Both the position numbers and the translations under genes were made by a program. Shown piece after piece: positions 37,626 to 49,266 of a stretch of 64,000 bases of DNA. Source of the stretch: Mobula birostris (taxonomy: Eukaryota); NCBI RefSeq assembly GCF_030028105.1, contig NC_092377.1, forward strand, positions 83,172,569 to 83,236,568. Reading direction: 5' to 3'. The notes under the pieces are model-generated. The model was not told the DNA's origin. It made no database searches and saw only the letters and a program-made list of their open reading frames with translations. Position 1 is the stretch's first letter, and every line of letters begins with the position of its first letter.

Positions 37626-37920
37626 GGGGTGGTGTAGTAGCGTAGTGGTTAGCATGCTCTACAGTACCAGTGACCCAGGTTCAATTCGTGCTGCTGTCTC
37701 TAAGGAGTTTGTATATTCTCACCATGACCATGTGCATCTCCTCCAGGTGATCCAGTTTCCTCCCTCATTCCAAAGATGTCCCAGTTGGCAGATTACTTGG
37801 TCATTGTAAATTGTCCTGTAACTAGGCTAGGATTAAGTTAGGGGTCGCTAGCCAGTGCTGCTTAAAGAGCGGAAGGGCCTATTCCCCACTGTATCTCAAT
37901 AAATAACTAAAATAAAATAC
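37626..37920 (+). mobile_element. V-SINE
   Basis: A box TAGCGTAGTGG, B box GGTTCAATTCG, V core, AATAAA tail. Confidence 0.8.
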
Positions 37921-38279
37921 ATCTCCCCTCAGGATTCTATACATCTCTTTAGTGAAACAGAAACAAACTACAAATGCTCAGTGGGCAACGCATCACCTGA
38001 GAAGGCAAAGGGATGGTGGACTGGGCATTGGGATTGAGCTGAAGAGGCCATGCACTGAGATCCACAGGCCTCAGGCACCTCAGCCAGCTGGTGCCTCTGG
38101 TATCTCCGCCTGCGATAATGGGTAGGCAGCTCCAGACACACTGCTGAGTTTTTTCCAGCAATTTCCTTTGCCCTAGTTTCCTGTTCTTGTAGTTTCATGC
38201 TTCTATACTTTTCCTCGTGGTCGAACCAAAACACACCTCATTCCAGCAATTCAGTAAGTCACAACCTCAATGATCATGC

Positions 38280-38915
38280 ATAGAACATAGAACAGGACAG
38301 TTCAGCATATGCCATTTCGCCAACGATGTTCTGGCAGTCTATATAAACCTGGTTCATAATCAATCTCAGAGTCCGCTGCGGTCGGGTGCTTCCAGTGGTG
38401 CTGCATCGGCAAGTTTGCGGCGCTTGGAGGTTCATGGCAGGGAAAGTTTCTCCCTTCTACTGTCTGTGTGAGATGATGGGGCTATCGGGACTTTGAGACT
38501 TTTTTTTAACCATGCCCATGGTCTGCTTTTTTATCAAATTACGGCATTGCTTTGCACCGTTGTAACTATATGTTATAATTATGTGGTTTTGTCTGTTTTA
38601 GTCTTGGTTTGTCCTGTGTTTTTTTTGTGATATCATTCTGGAGGAACATTGTATCATTTTTAATGCATGCATTTCTAAATGACAAACGAGGACTGAGTGT
38701 ACTCATAATCTAATCTAATCTAATTTTCCCTTCTACACAGTTTAAAACCCTCTGTTTTTCTTACATCCGTGTGGCTATCTTTTAAATTTCACTATTGTGT
38801 TAGCCTCTACTGCCCCCTCCGCCACAGTACGTTCTCTGCACACACCACTCTGTAAAAAAAAACTACCTCTGACATCTCCCCTGAACTTTCCTCCACCCAC
38901 TTTAAACAGACGTCT
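38280..38915 (-). mobile_element. CR1 3' end interrupted by a + strand element (38368-38723) with (CTAAT)n tail
   Basis: Begins with a CATAGAACATAGAAC tail and resumes after the insert; an uninterrupted homolog lies at 61255-61520. Confidence 0.7.
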
Positions 38916-39789
38916 TAAACATACACTTTCCCTGAAGCTCTCCGCTGAATGTAGCAGGTAGTAATCGACAGGAATCCCCGAACTCTCTCTGCAGCAAGTT
39001 AAAACTAACCTGCTTTCACTCTTTTCTGATTTCGAATAAGAGTCGCAGACCTGAAAAATTACCTCCTTCTATGGATACTGCCTGACTTTTAATGTTTCCG
39101 CTCCTGTTCTCTTTTTGCTTTTACTTCTGCAGATTTTTCTTTTCAGATGTCCGTTGTTATTCTGAAAACAGGCAATTTTTGCGGTCGTGACCAGAGTTGG
39201 CTTCAATCGCTTCTAACCATCTCGTAGTTGCGCAATTCGCCTTCACAGTTAACAAAACTTCATAGTTATAAACTCGCCATATCTCAAACAGAAAGATGAT
39301 TCTCTTTTTGCATCAAGAAACTATCAGAATAAAATGCGGATATAGTTTTTTTGACGGTGCTTGTGAATGTGAACTGAGGCATACAAAAAGCGAATGACCA
39401 ACTTCGCAGCTGTGTGTTTTCATGATTGGTATGCAAACATCTCTCCCGCACACGAATAACTATTTGGCTTTCTCACTCAAGCCTCTAATATAGCGGTCGG
39501 TAGCAGAGTTGGATATAGACGTGTCAGAAAATTCAGTGTCTTGGACGCACTTTCAACCAAGCAGAATGAAGTCATCTTCTTTAACATTACAATCACCTAG
39601 TTCCTGCCGACGTCTTCGCCTCCTGATCATAAGGTTAATATCGTGATCGAGTGAGAACATACATGGCGTTACAAAGTTAGAAATCACTCCGATCTTCTCC
39701 TGTGATATGTATCCCAATTCCCGAAACCTGGCTTAAAAGTTAGGCGGCTACTTTTGGCGTCCTTGCAGAGTTGACGGGGATCCCGTAAG

Positions 39790-39905
39790 CAAGGGCGTGG
39801 GGAAGTTGGCAATGGGACAGCAGCCACTCAAATCACTTGCATCACTGTTCCAGCCTTTTACGAACTTCCTTCCTTGTGGAGTCCACGCCAATATATATTT
39901 AAATC
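39790..39905 (+). promoter_or_regulatory. Candidate THBD proximal promoter
   Basis: GGGCGTGG (KLF/SP motif, 39793-39800), tandem ETS ACTTCCTTCCTT (39864-39875) and TATA-like ATATATTTAAA (~39893-39903), about 110 bp upstream of the ATG. Confidence 0.6.
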
Positions 39906-40010
39906 TGAGCTTTGGAGCTATCTGAACGACAAAGCACGGGACAGTGCAAAGGGAAAAGTTATTCCGACCAAGCAAAGTTCTTTTAGCTCAGATTCATCAG
40001 AGGGAGAAAA

Positions 40011-41639
40011 ATGTTCGTACTGTCTATCAGCCTGTGCGCCCTGGTGTCTCTGGTGTATTCGGATCCACAAGAATTCTCACCCGCTGTCTGCGTGGCTAAC
40101 GTCTGCTACAGCCTAAAAAGAGAGGCGAGGAAGTTTAACATGGCCAGAACCAGCTGCAAAAAGGCCGGGGGAGACGCGATGACCGTGAGCACCACGGTGG
40201 CCGCCGAAGCTATCGCGGTGTTGCTGCAGAGAGTGAACGCCGATCCCTCCTCGCACTTCTGGCTGGGGCTGCAGCTTCATCAGAGGACTTGCCCCAGCAA
40301 TAGCAGCCGATTGAGGGGTTATCGCTGGGTGAGCGGGGACAATGACACCGACTACACCAACTGGGGCTCGGTGTCCGAAGAGTGCGGACCGCGATGTGTG
40401 ACCGTCTCCGGCAGGGACCTATGGGTCGACCGCCCGTGCAACAAGAAGGCGAATGGCGTGCTGTGCGAGTACAGATACAACAGCAGCTGCGAACCACTAA
40501 CCCTGCACAACTCTTCCACCACCTTCGTCACTCCTTTCGGTGCCCGGAGCTCCGAGCTGACTAGACTGCCTCGGGGCACCATGGCCGAGGTCTCCCCGTC
40601 GAATATCAGCTTACAATGTAACGGCACTCTTGGCTGGGTGGGTTACGGACCAGGCCCTTGGGTCTGTCAAGTGAACAATGGGGGCTGCAAGCACACTTGC
40701 CAAGAAGGACCTCCGCCCAAGTGCAGCTGCCACGGGGGTTACAGGCTGGACAGTGATGGGTTAAGTTGCCGAGAGGTCGATCCGTGCGAGGAAGAAAAGT
40801 GCGCGCACAGCTGCCAGAACCGGGACGGGAAGGCAGTGTGTTCCTGCGACAGCGGCTACGCGCTGGACGCCGACCACAAGAGCTGCATCGATATCAATGA
40901 GTGCCTGTCCAACCCCTGCGAGCACAACTGCGCAAACACGAAGGGAAGCTTCCAGTGCATTTGCAGGAAAGGCTACGTAATGTCCCAGGATGGCAAGTGC
41001 GAGGACATCAACGAGTGCCCACAAAACGTGTGCGAACACAAGTGCAGCAACACGCTAGGGGGCTTCAAGTGCAGCTGCGAGTCCGGGTACGATATCAATC
41101 CCGATGATCCCACAAAATGCGTTTGGTACTGCGATTCCAGCTCCTGCCGGGCTCGCTGCATCGACGACGAGTGTACTTGCCCGCCTAATTTTATCTTGAA
41201 CGATTTGACTAAATTATGCGATGATATTGACGAGTGCCAATTTCAATGCCAGGGTCACACCTGCACCAACTTCCCCGGCGACTTCAAATGTGAATGCAGA
41301 GAGGGTTACGAGCATAATCAGAATGGGGTTTGCGAACCCGAGGGCTCCGGTGATAACTTTATGTCAGAAGTCCCGACGTTCAAGCCCACCGCGTACCCCA
41401 TCCCCGCCAGTGCCGGCCTGTCGCTCAGTGTTGTCCTCGGCACCATCTTTGCCATCGCCGTGCTCACTTTGATCTGCGCCGGGGTGGGACACCACCTGTT
41501 TAAGAAGAGAGGCAAGTGGCAGACCTCCACCAAGTACAAGTCGGCTAATGTGGAGGAGGACGTTAATCTCAGTCAGGTCACGACCGGCGACAACTGCCAG
41601 CACCAGTACTCCAGTGAAAAATGTAATGTGGGGACCTGA
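40011..41639 (+). CDS. THBD: Thrombomodulin, 542 aa, intronless
   Basis: Signal peptide, CTLD, sushi-like region and six EGF repeats, including the atypical short EGF5 (CDSSSCRARCIDDECTCPPNFILNDLTKLC) followed by DDIDEC. EGSG glycosaminoglycan motif, TM helix, and tail EDVNLSQV resembling human EVVLQHV. Lies between CD93 and SSTR4. Confidence 0.95.
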   Translation: MFVLSISLCALVSLVYSDPQEFSPAVCVANVCYSLKREARKFNMARTSCKKAGGDAMTVSTTVAAEAIAVLLQRVNADPSSHFWLGLQLHQRTCPSNSSRLRGYRWVSGDNDTDYTNWGSVSEECGPRCVTVSGRDLWVDRPCNKKANGVLCEYRYNSSCEPLTLHNSSTTFVTPFGARSSELTRLPRGTMAEVSPSNISLQCNGTLGWVGYGPGPWVCQVNNGGCKHTCQEGPPPKCSCHGGYRLDSDGLSCREVDPCEEEKCAHSCQNRDGKAVCSCDSGYALDADHKSCIDINECLSNPCEHNCANTKGSFQCICRKGYVMSQDGKCEDINECPQNVCEHKCSNTLGGFKCSCESGYDINPDDPTKCVWYCDSSSCRARCIDDECTCPPNFILNDLTKLCDDIDECQFQCQGHTCTNFPGDFKCECREGYEHNQNGVCEPEGSGDNFMSEVPTFKPTAYPIPASAGLSLSVVLGTIFAIAVLTLICAGVGHHLFKKRGKWQTSTKYKSANVEEDVNLSQVTTGDNCQHQYSSEKCNVGT

Positions 41640-42571
41640 AGCTCACTGGGCACAAATGCCGGACCAGAGGGAGATTTGGAACCTTTGACATGACGACACT
41701 GGGTGAGGGTGGGGGAGTCTACAATTTGAAATTGCAGTTGCTGACTCGAAGCTATATGCGTGTGAGCAGCTGTACACATTCCATCTCTGAATTTAACCAG
41801 GTTCCCACTGCATTCCGCTGGACACTATTGTTAGGCTGATGCCAAACTAATGGTCGTACTTGAACCTTGAAATGGCCCGATGGTGCTGTCGGTTCAGTTA
41901 CGCTTAAACACAGGTTTCCCACTTCCCTCCCTGAACATCTATCTTTGTTTATGGTCGGTTCAACGATTGCAGGAGAGGGGCACTTGCGAGTAATGACGCT
42001 ACCCAGGCATGCTACCCATTTTTATAGGCAACTCCTTAGTCTGGAGCAAATAATCCAGGTGGGCATACCAGTTTAGAACGATATGTCATAAAGTGCCTAA
42101 TATTTTTCTCAGTATCGTTTGTATGCAAGGTGTGACAGAAAATATGTCGTGCAAATTCCAAAGTTCAAGATGACTAAATGAGGTAATGGTTGGGTAATGT
42201 TTACCTGAGGAATTGTGAAGGGAAAGTAGTTTTTTATAGTTGGGGGGGGAACTGCGGGAGACTGGATCCGGGACCCCCTATTTTGATTGGTTTACCGCTC
42301 ATGTTTGTCCCAATGTCTGTCGGCCCGATGGCCGTTTGATGAAAAATATGGCTGCTGGTGGTCGTTGCATTTCTACAGCATTACTTCAATTATTTGTACA
42401 AATGGATTGGCCCAGAGTATATCCAGGAATTTGGGACACGGGCGATTGAGACGAGGAACCTGTGCATTTGTATTTATTATATCTTTGAAATATCTGTATA
42501 ATCACGTTTTAAACGAGTTTTATATATCTATATGAACTGTAAGGAAAACGCGACGACGCTGCATACTTTAA

Positions 42572-42577
42572 AATAAA
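42572..42577 (+). terminator. Poly(A) signal candidate, THBD
   Basis: AATAAA ~930 nt after the stop, preceded by AU-rich TATTTATTAT (42471). Confidence 0.5.
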
Positions 42578-43769
42578 AATTTGAAACTATTTCTTTAAAA
42601 AATACAAAATCTTCTGGATTTGTAGTTGCAAAAAAATCCAATATTGTGACTGGTTGATCATCAAAACTAAAGGTTGAGATGCTTATAGTTCTATGGAAGC
42701 ACCTAGCACGAGTCGGGAGTGAACCTTCATTTCGCAAAAGTAACGCCAAATGGCCATGTGAGGGGGATAAAACTTTGAGGATCATTCAATCAAGAAGAGG
42801 GCACTAATCTATTGTTACTACAAATAAGGTTAAAGTAAGATTTGTCAACCTGGCTTGATCTCAAGTGTTTTACTGATATCAGTAGTGTCCAACGCTACAG
42901 AAACAGGCCCTTCGGCCCACATTGTCAGTGTTTCCTTCGACCAGCTACACTAACTCCTCTTACCCATCTCGTTTTCCCACTTCAGCCTCTTGTACCCGCA
43001 GCTCTTATATTACCCGGTCCCTTTGCATTCTTCCTGCTTCACCCTGCACCCGATTACCACTGAGCATTCTGGGATTAGTTGCTCCTTCGCTATGCCCGTC
43101 CTTGAGGGCGTGCCAGGTCCGGTCCCCTTGAGCTCTATTCTTGCAAATCAGCCTGAGCTGCACCGTGCCCTTCAGGTCCAATGTGCTCCATTCTGCCCTC
43201 TCTCTTTCTGGTCCGCCCGAGCTTCAGCTGCCGGGTCTGCCCCCAAGTTCCCAAGTCCACTTCGGATCATCCTGCTGCTTCTGTGCTTCACCTCCTACCC
43301 CCGCCGGCGACTATCTCTATGTCCCACACTAATAAAACACCGTTAAAACGTTGTCCATGTAATATAAAAAACCTGTCAGTCAGTATATACTGTACGTAGC
43401 ATATTCAGTCATTCAATATCAAATAATCGCTTCTGGTGATAAATAATTGCCAATTCTTTGTCAGAACCACCAAGTCTTCTGCAAATAGAGCTGGCAGAAG
43501 GATGGACCCTTTGCTGCCCCCTGAAAGGTCAAACAGAGCATTACTATATCCTCTCAATGTAAAAGTGATTGCATTTCCAGTGGTGCATTGCTCACCATAT
43601 CATTCTTAGCACCATACAGTACATCTTTAGGACAAGAACTGACACTCTTGACTCACTGGGAAAGTGCCTTTTGAAAGATGACAACAAGCCATCATTTATA
43701 TCAGTGATAGGTAAAGTGAGTGTTCAGCTGTCCTTCACTGGGCTTATATTTCTGAGTCTGAAGATTGTT

Positions 43770-43960
43770 TTAGAGACACAGACCAGTTACAAGCCCCTCT
43801 GGTTCAAAGAGCCCATGCAGCCCAATTAGGCCCATGTGACCCAAAGTTCTTTGGAATATGGGACGAAACTCACGTGGGTACGGGAAGATTGTACAAACCC
43901 CTTAAAGACAGCACAAGTGGATCGAATAGTGTTATGTTAACCACTACACTACTGTGTCAC
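43770..43960 (-). mobile_element. V-SINE remnant
   Basis: TCTTTGGAATATGGGACGAAAC is the reverse of the V core. Confidence 0.5.
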
Positions 43961-44489
43961 CGTAGGTTTCTGCACCAGGAGCTATCCCAGAGGTTAAAGG
44001 TTATTTTCGATGCTGGAGCTGAGGCAGTCTGAAAGGGGGTGTTGCACTGTTGGAAGTGCCTTGTTGCCGGCAGGCCATTGAAGTTCAGTCTGCCCTTGCA
44101 GATGAATGGAAAATATCACATAGCACCATTTTAAAAATCAAAAATAAACCATGAAAATATGGGGCCTAGAAAGAGGACAGCAGGATCATACAGAAGATCT
44201 TTTCCATCTGTGAGCTTCCGAAAGAAGCCAGTTTATTTTGGATCCCATTTTATAACTAACATGTGGAACACAGTGGGAATTGCTGCTTTAAAGAAATCAG
44301 TTCCTTGCGTGGTTGGTGTCCACATATACATCTGGATGGATGGGGTCCATTTTATTTGTAAATAAAATGCCCTCATCTTCACACTCTACAGCCAGCATTG
44401 CATGTCACCGTCGGAACTAGGTGTTTTACAAGGTTTAATAGATTAAATATATTAGCGTTTGTGCATGAATGTTATCTGTATATATTCAC

Positions 44490-44930
44490 ATGCTTGCAAA
44501 ACTCCAGTAAGTTGCCTGGACTTGGGCACTGAGTTGCAAGGAGCGATTGCATAGATTAAGTCTTCATTCTTCATTAGAGATTGAGGTGTGATCTGATATA
44601 TATATAAAATTATGAGAGGCGCAGGTAGTGTGAAGACAAATAGTCTTGTTTCCCAGGGAGGAAGTGCAAAAGAGGGCATTGGTTTAAAATCAGAGGTAGG
44701 AGAATTTTTAGGGGAGTCAGGGGTACTTCTTCATGCAAATGGTGGTGCACATTTGTAATGAGCTGCCAGAAATAGTGGTTGAGAAGCATTTGCAAGCCAG
44801 TTTGTTAAGTACAGGCTTAGAGGGCCATGGGCCAAATGCAGGCAGTCGGGACGAACTCATGGAGAAACATCAGCACAGATAGGTTGGGTTGAAGGACCTA
44901 CTTCCATAATATGTCACTCTGTGACATGAA
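44490..44930 (+). mobile_element. CR1 3' fragment
   Basis: TATAAAATTATGAGAGGC...AGAGGGCATTGGTTTAA...TGGAATGAGCTGCCAG-like pattern. Confidence 0.6.
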
Positions 44931-45262
44931 AATCTTCAACAAGACTGGAACTGGGAACTGGCTATTGAGAGTGAGTGGAGAAAGAAGAGCAGACATTTAC
45001 ACTTGCCCATAGGATGCAATAAGTCTCGGGTACCTGCTAGGACATGAGTCAAATTTATGGTGGCTTCAAGATTTGGGTAATGTAATCTTTTAGTCATCTG
45101 TAAAGACAGGAAACTCACTATCCTTTTGAAGTAACAAGCAGAGTAGAAGTTTACCAGGGATGCTAATTTCACTTTCTGTTGTGTACTGCAAATCTGTAAT
45201 AGAAACACAGAATCTGAAAATCTTAATCAGATGATGTCTTAAAACAAGTGTGGGGGTGGGAG

Positions 45263-45668
45263 TAACAGAAAAATTTATCATTCACCAGATAACAGCACTA
45301 AAATAAAAGTTGACTTATATGTAAGTACTTGTCAATCTAAATTCGGATGTTAAAATAAAATGGAACTTTATTTTCCTGTAAAAGGTGAATAAAGATGTTG
45401 AAAACTGATAGTGTTGTAAATGCTATAATATTGCCATACTTGGAATATGCTAGTGAGGGAATAATAACCTGGGAGGATGTGTGGGATTAGATGCAAGGGT
45501 CAAATGGTGCTAGAGGCTCACATGAATTGTTCTAGAAAGTTGTGAATTCTAGAATTGTTCTAGAGTTTTATTTTAACATCCAAATTTAAATTGACAAGTA
45601 CTTACATATATTTTGGTGGTCAACTTTTATATTAGCGTTGTTATCCAGTGAATTATAAAATTTTTGTA
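45263..45668. repeat. Long imperfect inverted repeat (~100-bp arms, ~205-bp spacer)
   Basis: 45263-45360 aligns with the reverse complement of 45566-45668, e.g. TATATGTAAGTACTTGTCAAT..AATT.GGATGTTAAAATAAAA. Confidence 0.9.
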
Positions 45669-46479
45669 ATTAAACATAATGACAAGGCTAACCTGCTTTG
45701 TAGTTCAAAATATGGGTGCTCTAGATTCCCAGATCTCTGGAAACCTGCCAGGTGAAGTAAGCTTAGACAGGTCAAAGGATTGACAGGTGGCTTTACAGCA
45801 CTGATCAGAAAGAGCAAGAATGCTTCTTTTCAAGATCTGCCTCCCAAGCATTGCATCATGCCTAGTCGTACAAAGGCCATTGGATCTGACATCTCTCACT
45901 GCTCTACATGTTGTGATTTAAACCATCTGGGTGAGGGGACTGGACCCTTATACATACTTGACCCCAGTCCAACCAATCTAAGTGTCAGTGTGCCATAATT
46001 GTAGGATTAGAATCCAGAACAGTCATCTATATCATCCAATGCAAACTCTCCTCCTCACCCTCCTTGTACAACCACCCTTTAATGGTGTCCTGGATTGGAC
46101 AAACCTGGTCTTGTAGCCTGCTCTGTAGCGCACAGGGAATCAGCAGGTCAAAGACATACAAAGCTCTACAATAGTTGAGGGAATTTTGAGCCTTGCTCAA
46201 AACTCTGTCTCCCCTGCTGGCACAACGCAGGACCCAAACCATAATATCACAGCGCTCACTTTACGTACAAACCAGATCATGTTCTCATTTTGATAAAGAG
46301 AGATAACTCATTATATTCTCTAGGAAATGCACTTATGATTTTGGTGATCTCACAGATAATTAGATTAATCGCTCTGGATATTGTTCCTATTAATGGTAAA
46401 CCATATGGAGGCTAAACACTCCAAATGTATTTTAAAATTTTATAAAACTTATAGATTTAGAATTATATCCAGATGATTG

Positions 46480-47030
46480 AAAATCAAGCTGAAGTCAAGT
46501 TTATTATCATCACACAAGTACATGTCTGGACAGGTGCAATGAAGCAGAATCAGAGCCACGTTTCATCATGTAAGCAGGACCCACAAGAAAAGAATAAATT
46601 TAACCTAAATTATACACAATTTTTAAAGAAAACACAATTAAAACAAAGAAAAGTCACTTTTGTGCAAGGTGGGCGGTGTTGATGGTGATCAGGGCTTTTC
46701 CAGTTGGTTCAGGAATTGAATGGTTGAAGGGAAGTAGCTGGTTTTGAACCTGGTGGTGTGGGACTTCAGGCTTCTGTATGGTGAAGATCTTTGATAAATG
46801 GTGTTGCCTTTTTTGAGGCGATACCTTCTGTAGATGCAACTGATGTTGTTAATGAGAGTGCCTCTGATGTATTGGGTAGAGTCCACTACTTTTGACAGCT
46901 TCTTACTGTGGATTTGAAATGCTGTACCAAATCATGATCACCATACTTTCAAAAGTACATCTGTAGAAGTTTGTCGTTCAATGACAAGCTGAACTTTCTT
47001 AATCTCCTTGGAAGGTTTCTATATGATTGC
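46480..47030 (-). mobile_element. Rex1/Babar-type LINE 3' fragment
   Basis: YRSLKSHTTRFKTSYFPSTIQFLN; homologous to 59870-60420. Confidence 0.7.
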
Positions 47031-49266
47031 ATGAAAAAAGAATAAAATTATAATAGAACAAAAGAAATTAACAAATCATACATGATGACATTTTTGTTCA
47101 AACAGAGAATTACATTATGACACTGCAATAACGCTTACTTATAAGTGGCTTTATTAAGAAATGCAACTTGCATGACCTTATCAAATCGAATTGAATTGAC
47201 TTTATTACTTACATCCTTCATATACATTGAGGAGTAAAAATATTTACGTTATGTCTCCGTCTAATATGCAAAGTGCAATTATAGTAATTTATAATAAATA
47301 TTATGTACAACAGGATAGTCAATATAACATAGAAATACAGTTGCGTCCGCATGAATTAAGCATATTGGAAAGGAATTAAGTGCCTTTTAAATATGGTATA
47401 CTGCATTGTGATTCTCACAGGTGTAGAATATAATTTTGCTTATATTCCTGTTATATTATATACCTGTCATTAGCAATTCTTTGGAGGTTTGCTGAGAACA
47501 AGAAACAATAGTTAGTTTTCCACATGATGAACAAATAATGTCAGTTGTTTTATCCTGGGGGTTAGGGGGAGGTCTAAACAGGAAAAAGGCAATGCCAGGT
47601 TCTTGTTTTTACAAACCATATATGCATCAAATCAAAATATGTTTTTGAAATTAAAACTTTCTCTAACACCTGCATTCAATCATTTCTTGCAGGACTTGCT
47701 AGATAGTGCAGAGAATAAAAAAACATGATGTAGTTTGTCCAACCTTACCAAAGCCAACGGCCGAAAACTCTGCACCTTCAAAGGTCACCAATGTGTTTAC
47801 AATCAGGTTTTCCTGGTAGTAGCTTAGACTCACAATAAACATCATTCAAATGAATAGTTAATAATAAAATAACATACAAATAGTTAATATTAAAACATCA
47901 TCCATGCAAAATTTGATGTGCAGAACAGATTTCAGTTATCTAGCTCACATGGTTAACCTGTTGTCAGTTCATCTTTACAACAGGAATATAAATGAATAAG
48001 ATTGTGTTTTGTTTTGTTTATCTGATTCTAGCCATGAATTGATCCGGCTATAATCTAGCCAATTTCATCTAAGCAGGGGAGGATGTGTGGGATAGGTGTA
48101 GAAATTATGTGTGAGACTCTTCATCGAAATTGCACAAAAATATCCCACTCACTTTCCAGTGAAATTATATGTATGGTAAATGAATGGCTTTATAATTCCA
48201 AGCCAAGGTTACAATATTACACTGCTGTGACCATGCAATAGAATCACAAATGTTTTACGGAGGTGGTGTATAAAATTATTTTTGCTTCATTGTACATCTT
48301 GTTTTTAACTCTTCAGTTTCAACATTTTGAAGAGTAGATTGAGATTTTTTTCTTGCTTTAGATGACCGGTAACAAGAGGATTAGATTTATCTCATTTCAT
48401 ATAGGAGTATAGTGATGAGGTGTTGACATCTTTGTGTAATTTGATTAACAATGCATTGATTTACCAGTTTTCTGACCTTTGCTAGCAAATAGTCTCCTCA
48501 GCAAGTTAATAGTTAATACATTTTAAATCATAATTAGGAAACAATACTACTGAAGTTCATCTCTGAATTGAATGTTAAGGCGCATCAAATACTAATTAGA
48601 CCAGGTCTGGAATATACCTTAAATAGTGAAAGTGAACATTTTAACTTGAAATAGCAACAGTAATTGAAATTGTTTTCTAAAAGTTAATTCAGTGTATGAA
48701 AGTTCAGTTAATATTTTATTGTACTGCATAAATTCTAAAAAGCTCATAAAAAATCTTCAAAATTCATGCCAGTTCTCTCCCTGGATTCCTTGGCTTGTGA
48801 GAGAGCCATTAGCTTGTCACTAGGTGTATTTCCATGGCAATAGCTGACCTTATACAAATTGTAATATTCTTATACAAGAGTATTGTTGAACTTCTCAACC
48901 AGGCTCTGTTACAGGAGAGCTTGTAAATAATTGTTTGACTTGGAAAGTTTAATTGATTTTTAAACTAAATTTTCAAAGTTTCTTCATTAAATTACATACA
49001 ATGGTAGGTTTTTGGTGTGATGTTAAAATATCACAATCGGAATCAGTTTTAATGTCGCTGACGTATATCGTAAAGTTTGCTTTTTAAATGTCAATAGGAA
49101 AAATACGGATTATCATCACAGTGAGTGTTACAATAATATTCTCAACTACATTCGATGATCCATGCACAGAACTGGACAGGTTCACCATTTACTTAAGTAG
49201 AATCTAAGTTAGTGCTCTTAAATTTTATTGACAGAATATATATTAACTACATTATTTTTCTGTATT

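Noticed and set aside
42920-43400. Cluster of overlapping short ORFs in a GC-richer patch followed by AATAAA
   Set aside because: Low-complexity Pro/Ser/Leu translations with no domain or splice support; origin undetermined, probably repeat-derived.
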